Shown in pieces: positions 42,436 through 46,880 of a stretch of 46,880 nucleotides of DNA; the first letter of the stretch is position 1; each line of letters opens with the position of its first letter. The notes under the pieces are model-generated. The model did not search any database. It was not told the origin of the DNA and saw nothing but the letters and a program-made list of their open reading frames with translations. The position numbers and the translations under genes are program-made. This stretch comes from a bacterium. Its GTDB lineage: Bacteria > Sysuimicrobiota > Sysuimicrobiia > Sysuimicrobiales > Segetimicrobiaceae. Where the stretch lies: positions 1 to 46,880 of the forward strand of contig DASUDA010000067.1 of assembly GCA_036275835.1 (NCBI GenBank). Direction: 5' to 3'.

Positions 42436-43959
42436 ATGATGCGGCGTCCCCGCCATTCGGCCCCGCGGAGATCCCTCGCGCTCGGCGCGGCCGGCCTCCT
42501 CCTGCTCGGGTCTGCCGTTCCCGCGCCCGCCGCTCCTCCGCCGCCCGAGGCCCCGATTGTCCTCACCGCGGACCACATCCAGTACAACACCGGGACCGGG
42601 GTCGCGGTGGCTGACGGTCACGTGCGCGTGTCTCGCGGAGACGCCGTCATCACCGCGGATCATCTCGAAGGCAACCTCGCCACCGGGGATGTCGAGGCCA
42701 TCGGGCACGTCACCCTCACGCAGGGCGGGCGCATAATGACCGGGACGGCTCTCCACTTCAACTACCAGACGCAGCGGGGCGAGGTCCAGCAAGTCACGAC
42801 GCAATACGGACCCTGGCGCCTGACCGGCGACGAGCTCGAGACCTCACCCGGGCAGGGGATAGGCTACAATACGACGCTCACACCCTGTGACCCCCAGCAT
42901 CCCGCCTTTCTCGTGACTGCGGGCCAGGTCGTCGTCGTCCCGGGGGATCACATCACGGCGTATAACGCGTCGGTGTTTCTCTATGGGGTGCGTGTCGTCA
43001 CGCTCGGCACATACACGATCTCCCTCAAGCGCGACATGACAGCGCAGACCGGCCCGCGAATCGGCTACGACAACCTGAACGGCGCGTATTTTGAGTACGG
43101 CCACTACTTCCCGGTAGGGAGCGCCTCCAACTTCTTGCGTATCCGCTATGGCGCGACGTCCGGGTTCACCGCCGAAGACTTGCTCACCGCGCGCGACGGG
43201 GACCACCTGTGGACCCTGGACCTGGGCCGCTCCCAGGGGTTCGACCAGAACGGCAACCTGTTCATCCTGGACAGGTACTCTTTGGACCTCACGTATGAGC
43301 CACACCGGCTCGGGAACTGGGCCTCTTATACGCTCCAGGGGCAGGGGGGAAGCTACAGGGAGATCGCGACGGGCGTCAGCGCGACGCGTGGGGAAGCCCT
43401 GCTCACCATGACCCCGGACGCCATCCGCCTCTCGCCGAGTCTGATCTGGATTGGAGCCGGCGAGGCCCGGGTCGATGCATATGGGGCAGGGCAGGAGCGG
43501 ACCGTGGTGGGGTTCACCGTCGGCCTCACGGACCTCCTGGACCGGTCGAACTCGCTCTCCCTCACCTATAACCTGGCGTCGATAGGGGGGGCGACGCCAT
43601 TTCTTTTCGATGCCGTGACTGCCGACAGCACCGTGGCCCTCTCCTACAACTATATCGCACCCGGCTTTCTCCAGTCGGCCGGGGTGAGCGTGTCGTACAG
43701 CTTCCTCGCGCTCCAGACCACGGTGGGCGCCAACGCCGCCCTGGAACTCAGCCCCACGCTCCTGCTGAGCCTCGCCGGATCGTACACCCTGACGACGCAG
43801 CAGTGGGGCGAGGTCGACGTTGCCGTCAACGCCACGTGCGACTGCCTCGCGGTGAGCCTGCTCTTCCGAATGTTCCCGCAGAGCCCCGCGCAGAACGTGC
43901 TGCTCTTCGGGATAGGCCTGAGCCCGGTGGCGCAGGCCTTTACCCCCTTCACGCCCTAA
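42436..43959 (+). CDS. LptD/OstA-like outer-membrane protein (short form)
   Basis: Signal-peptide-like N-terminus and an OstA_N-like segment (LTADHIQYNTGTGVAVADGHVRVSRGDAVITADHLEGNL...GHVTL). The remainder has alternating beta-strand-like patterning rich in G/Y/T/S. 507 aa. Confidence 0.5.
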   Translation: MMRRPRHSAPRRSLALGAAGLLLLGSAVPAPAAPPPPEAPIVLTADHIQYNTGTGVAVADGHVRVSRGDAVITADHLEGNLATGDVEAIGHVTLTQGGRIMTGTALHFNYQTQRGEVQQVTTQYGPWRLTGDELETSPGQGIGYNTTLTPCDPQHPAFLVTAGQVVVVPGDHITAYNASVFLYGVRVVTLGTYTISLKRDMTAQTGPRIGYDNLNGAYFEYGHYFPVGSASNFLRIRYGATSGFTAEDLLTARDGDHLWTLDLGRSQGFDQNGNLFILDRYSLDLTYEPHRLGNWASYTLQGQGGSYREIATGVSATRGEALLTMTPDAIRLSPSLIWIGAGEARVDAYGAGQERTVVGFTVGLTDLLDRSNSLSLTYNLASIGGATPFLFDAVTADSTVALSYNYIAPGFLQSAGVSVSYSFLALQTTVGANAALELSPTLLLSLAGSYTLTTQQWGEVDVAVNATCDCLAVSLLFRMFPQSPAQNVLLFGIGLSPVAQAFTPFTP

Positions 43960-44039
43960 ACGGGGGGTCGGGTCGGCGGGGGTAACGGGGCAGGAATATA
44001 CAAGGTAGCCACGGCAGTTCCAAGGAGACGGATATAACC

Positions 44040-44837
44040 ATGAGAAACAGACGGGCGGCAGTGGAGGAGTGTAGGGCGAGATCCCCGAAATCCCTGCGTA
44101 TGATCAGGCGGTTCAGCACCGCCCTAGTGGCGGTGTTTTTTGTCCTTGGTGCGCTCGCTCCGGCCCGCGCCGATCTGACCGTCGCGGACACGAAGGTCTT
44201 GCCCCCCATCCTCAGCAAGCTTCTCGGGGATCCGGGGTTCATCCGGGTGGAGTCGGTTCCGGACCTCTACGAAGGCGGGTATGCCCGGGTGAGCGTGTAC
44301 GCCCGGAACGTCACGATCAAAGGGATGCGCATTGACGAGATCTGGATCAAGCTCGTCGGGGTGTCGTTCGATCCGGACCTCCTGCGCCAGGGGTCACTCA
44401 AGGTGCTCGACATCCGCGACAACGCGGTCTACGGAAAGCTCGACCTGGCGAGTGTTCAGGAGTTCCTGAACAACCAGGGGCCCGTCCAGGACGTGAGTTT
44501 GCGCATCGAGGGCGAGGCGGTCATCGGCCTGGCGACGGTCCTGTACAACGGCGTGCCCACGCGCGTGCACATACAGGGGATCTTCCAGGTCTATGGCGAG
44601 CCGGAGGTGTTCTTCCACATCCAGGCCCTGCTGGTGAACTCGATTCCGGTGCCGTATGTCGTCGTGGATCACCTCGAGCGCCAGCTCAACCCGGTGCTGG
44701 ACTTCCGGAGCTGGCCGGTGCAGTTCCGCATCCGGACGTTCCGCCAAGTGAAGGACGGGTTCGTCCTCAGCAGCCAGGCCGATTTCTCGCAGCCGTGCAA
44801 CGCCTGCGGGGGGCCGCAGCTCCAGCTCGCGCCGTGA
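44040..44837 (+). CDS. Secreted or anchored DUF2993/LmeA-like protein, hypothetical
   Basis: Hydrophobic signal/anchor FSTALVAVFFVLGALAPARA. Repetitive beta-rich pattern (VSVYARNVTIKGMRIDEIWIKLVGVSF) resembling DUF2993. Alternative start ATG 44100. Confidence 0.4.
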   Translation: MRNRRAAVEECRARSPKSLRMIRRFSTALVAVFFVLGALAPARADLTVADTKVLPPILSKLLGDPGFIRVESVPDLYEGGYARVSVYARNVTIKGMRIDEIWIKLVGVSFDPDLLRQGSLKVLDIRDNAVYGKLDLASVQEFLNNQGPVQDVSLRIEGEAVIGLATVLYNGVPTRVHIQGIFQVYGEPEVFFHIQALLVNSIPVPYVVVDHLERQLNPVLDFRSWPVQFRIRTFRQVKDGFVLSSQADFSQPCNACGGPQLQLAP

Positions 44838-46708
44838 CGGCGACCGACCACCCTCTCCGCGCGCGCCTGAGACGTGGTATCGTGCTCTGCGACGGCGCGA
44901 TGGGGACCCTCCTGTACGCGCGGGGGGTGGCGTTCGATCACTGCTTCGACGCCCTCAACCTGACCCAGCGCGAGCTCGTCCTGAACATCCACCTCGACTA
45001 CCTCCGAGCCGGCGCCGAGATCATCGAGACCAACACCTTCGGCGCCAACCCGGTGAAGCTCGCCGCACACGGACTCGCCGACCAGGTCCGGGACATCAAC
45101 TGGCATGGCGCCAAGATCGCCAAGGACGCCCGAGACATCTTCGGGCAGGCGGTTTTCATCGCCGGCTCGGTCGGGCCTCTGGGCAAGCCCGTGGCTCCCT
45201 TCGGCCGCATCACGCCGGCGGAAGCCCGCGGCGCCTTCCGGGCCCAGATCGACGCCCTCATCGAAGGCGGCGTGGACGTCCTTATATTAGAAACTTTCAC
45301 GGACCTCACCGAGCTCCTGGAAGCCGTCGGCGCGGCGCGGGAGGCGTGCGATCTCCCGGTCATCGCGCAGATGAGCTTCACCGAGGACGGCCGGACGCAA
45401 TACGGCCACGCTCCCTCCGAGGTCGTGGCGGCTCTCGAGGGTGCAGGCGTGGACGTGATCGGGGCCAACTGCAGCGTCGGTCCGGTGCCGATGCTGGAGG
45501 TCATCCAGCAGATGGCCGCCTCCGCCCACACACCACTCTCGGCCCAGCCGAACGCGGGATTTCCGACCCTGGTGGAGGGGCGCTACAACTACCTGTCCTC
45601 ACCCCAGCACATGGCGACGTACGCTCGGAAGATGGCCGAGTCCGGTGTGGCGATCATCGGCGGATGCTGCGGGACCACTCCCGAGCACATCGCCGCCATC
45701 GGCCGGGCGATCGCCGATCTGCGTCCGGCCCCGGACCGAGGGTCCGCGACGATCACCGCGGCCGCGCCGCGCGAGGAGGCGCTGCCCCCGGTGGACCACC
45801 CGAGCCAGCTGGCTCAGAAGCTGCGCCGGCATTTCGTCATCAGCGTTGAGGTGGACCCCCCGAAGGGACTCGATGCGACGAAGGATCTCGACGGCGCCCG
45901 TCTGCTCAAAGACGCGGGAGCGGACGTGATCGACGTCGGCGACAGCCCGATCGGCCGGGTCCGGATGAGCGCGCTCGCGATGTGCTACCTTATCCAGCAG
46001 CACGTCGGCATCGAGACGATCATCCACTTCACGACGCGCGACCGGAACCTCGTGGGCGTCCAGGCGGACCTGATCGGCGCCCACGCCATGGGCGTGCGAA
46101 ACATCCTGGCGCTCACCGGGGAGCCGCCCCGCGGCGATTACCCCAACGTCACGGCCGTCTACGACGTCGACAGCGTCGGCCTGATGCGGATCATCAAGCG
46201 GTTCAACGAGGGGCAGGATCTGGCGGGCAAGTCTATCGGACACCCGGCGCGCTTCCTCATCGGCGGGGCGCTGGACATGAACCCCGAGACGCTGGACCGC
46301 GAACTGCCCCGGCTGGCGCGGAAACTGGAGGCCGGTGTCGAGTTCTTCATGACCCAGCCCGTCTACGAGCCCGAGGTCCTCGAGAACTTCGAGCGCCGAG
46401 TCGGCAAAATCCCTGTCCCGGTGCTCGTCGGGATCCTCCCCCTCCAGAGCTTCCGCCATGCGGAGTTCCTGCACAACGAGGTGCCCGGGATCACGATCCC
46501 CCAGTGGGTTCGGGAGAAGATGCAGGCCGCCGGAAACGCCGGCCGGGAGGAGGGCCTCCGGCTCGCGCGCGAGCTCCTCTTGGCGCTCCTCGACCGTATC
46601 GACGGCGCGTACTTCATGCCGTCGTTTGGGCGGTACGAGGTCGTCGCCTCGCTCGTGCGGGAGGTGCGCTCGAGGATCGGAGCCGGCGCCGGCAAAGCTC
46701 GGACATGA
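44834..46708 (+). CDS. yitJ: Bifunctional homocysteine S-methyltransferase / 5,10-methylenetetrahydrofolate reductase (YitJ type)
   Basis: N-terminal Hcy-binding domain (LCDGAMGT...ETNTFGAN...GANCS...GGCCGTTP zinc ligands). C-terminal MTHFR TIM barrel (ISVEVDPPKG, FTTRDRN, ALTGEPP). GTGA overlap upstream. Confidence 0.85.
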   Translation: MTATDHPLRARLRRGIVLCDGAMGTLLYARGVAFDHCFDALNLTQRELVLNIHLDYLRAGAEIIETNTFGANPVKLAAHGLADQVRDINWHGAKIAKDARDIFGQAVFIAGSVGPLGKPVAPFGRITPAEARGAFRAQIDALIEGGVDVLILETFTDLTELLEAVGAAREACDLPVIAQMSFTEDGRTQYGHAPSEVVAALEGAGVDVIGANCSVGPVPMLEVIQQMAASAHTPLSAQPNAGFPTLVEGRYNYLSSPQHMATYARKMAESGVAIIGGCCGTTPEHIAAIGRAIADLRPAPDRGSATITAAAPREEALPPVDHPSQLAQKLRRHFVISVEVDPPKGLDATKDLDGARLLKDAGADVIDVGDSPIGRVRMSALAMCYLIQQHVGIETIIHFTTRDRNLVGVQADLIGAHAMGVRNILALTGEPPRGDYPNVTAVYDVDSVGLMRIIKRFNEGQDLAGKSIGHPARFLIGGALDMNPETLDRELPRLARKLEAGVEFFMTQPVYEPEVLENFERRVGKIPVPVLVGILPLQSFRHAEFLHNEVPGITIPQWVREKMQAAGNAGREEGLRLARELLLALLDRIDGAYFMPSFGRYEVVASLVREVRSRIGAGAGKART

Positions 46709-46709
46709 T

Positions 46710-46880
46710 CTATTGGGGCCCTGGGGGCGGTGTCCACAACTCGAGCCTCCGGAGTGCGCTGAAGTCTCGATAGGTGAGCGTCCATACCGGCAACTTGAGG
46801 CGGGCACCGACTGCCGCGATCAGTGCGTCTTCCAACGTGCCCGTCCACTCAGGCCCGAGCCCCATGATGAGCGAAGTCGC
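46710..46880 (-). CDS. C-terminal part of a PIN-domain (VapC-like) toxin, truncated by the window edge
   Basis: The reverse strand reads ...TLEDALIAAVGARLKLPVWTLTYRDFSALRRLELWTPPPGPQ*. D.LIAA...L.L.T.D.DF is the characteristic PIN C-terminus. Its stop lies 1 nt from the yitJ stop (convergent). Confidence 0.45.
   Translation of the reverse strand, partial: ATSLIMGLGPEWTGTLEDALIAAVGARLKLPVWTLTYRDFSALRRLELWTPPPGPQ

Noticed and set aside
1-46880. Search by eye for CRISPR arrays, tRNA/rRNA genes, IS elements, integrases or phage genes
   Set aside because: No regularly spaced direct repeats, tRNA-like cloverleaf segments, transposase or recombinase motifs were seen. Small RNAs cannot be excluded without covariance-model searches.

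Overview
High-G+C bacterial chromosomal window (about 65-72% by eye, not computed), densely coding, with many 4-nt GTGA/ATGA stop/start overlaps. No rRNA, tRNA, CRISPR array, transposase or integrase was recognised by eye. There are four regions. (1) 1-9.9 kb is housekeeping: an mrp-DUF169-korA-korB-fur string, an LptA/OstA-like protein, class I FBP aldolase, a MoaD-MoaE fusion, an M48 peptidase and a PHP phosphoesterase. (2) 9.9-15.3 kb is an accessory stretch. Its core (11.65-15.25 kb) is visibly lower in G+C (sampled lines 42-57%). It holds DUF302, an LLM oxidoreductase, a VOC protein, a small membrane protein, a 596-aa internally duplicated secreted protein, cspA, and two apparent gene relics (SMP-30 N-terminus, multicopper-oxidase motif). 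(3) 15.3-42.4 kb is a very large envelope-glycan / LPS-type cluster. It contains gmhA-hddA, lpxB plus an lpxB-related paralogue, and two convergent ArnT-like GT39 genes with a Phd/VapC toxin-antitoxin pair wedged between them. A 14-gene plus-strand operon follows: transaldolase, stand-alone TPP E1 alpha/beta, ArnC-like GT2, three SDRs, a domain-swapped HldE-like enzyme, Gfo/Idh/MocA, a UDP-Glc-dehydrogenase-family protein lacking the catalytic Cys, a methyltransferase, two paralogous membrane proteins and an ArnE-like flippase. A convergent operon carries an MsbA-like ABC exporter and three tandem GT2 paralogues, and a phosphomannomutase gene lies beside it. (4) 42.4-46.9 kb holds a short LptD-like OMP, a DUF2993-like protein, a YitJ-type fused homocysteine methyltransferase/MTHFR, and a partial PIN toxin gene at the window edge. 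The best candidate for undescribed biology is the glycan operon. All family calls come from motif recognition by eye and need HMM or BLAST confirmation.
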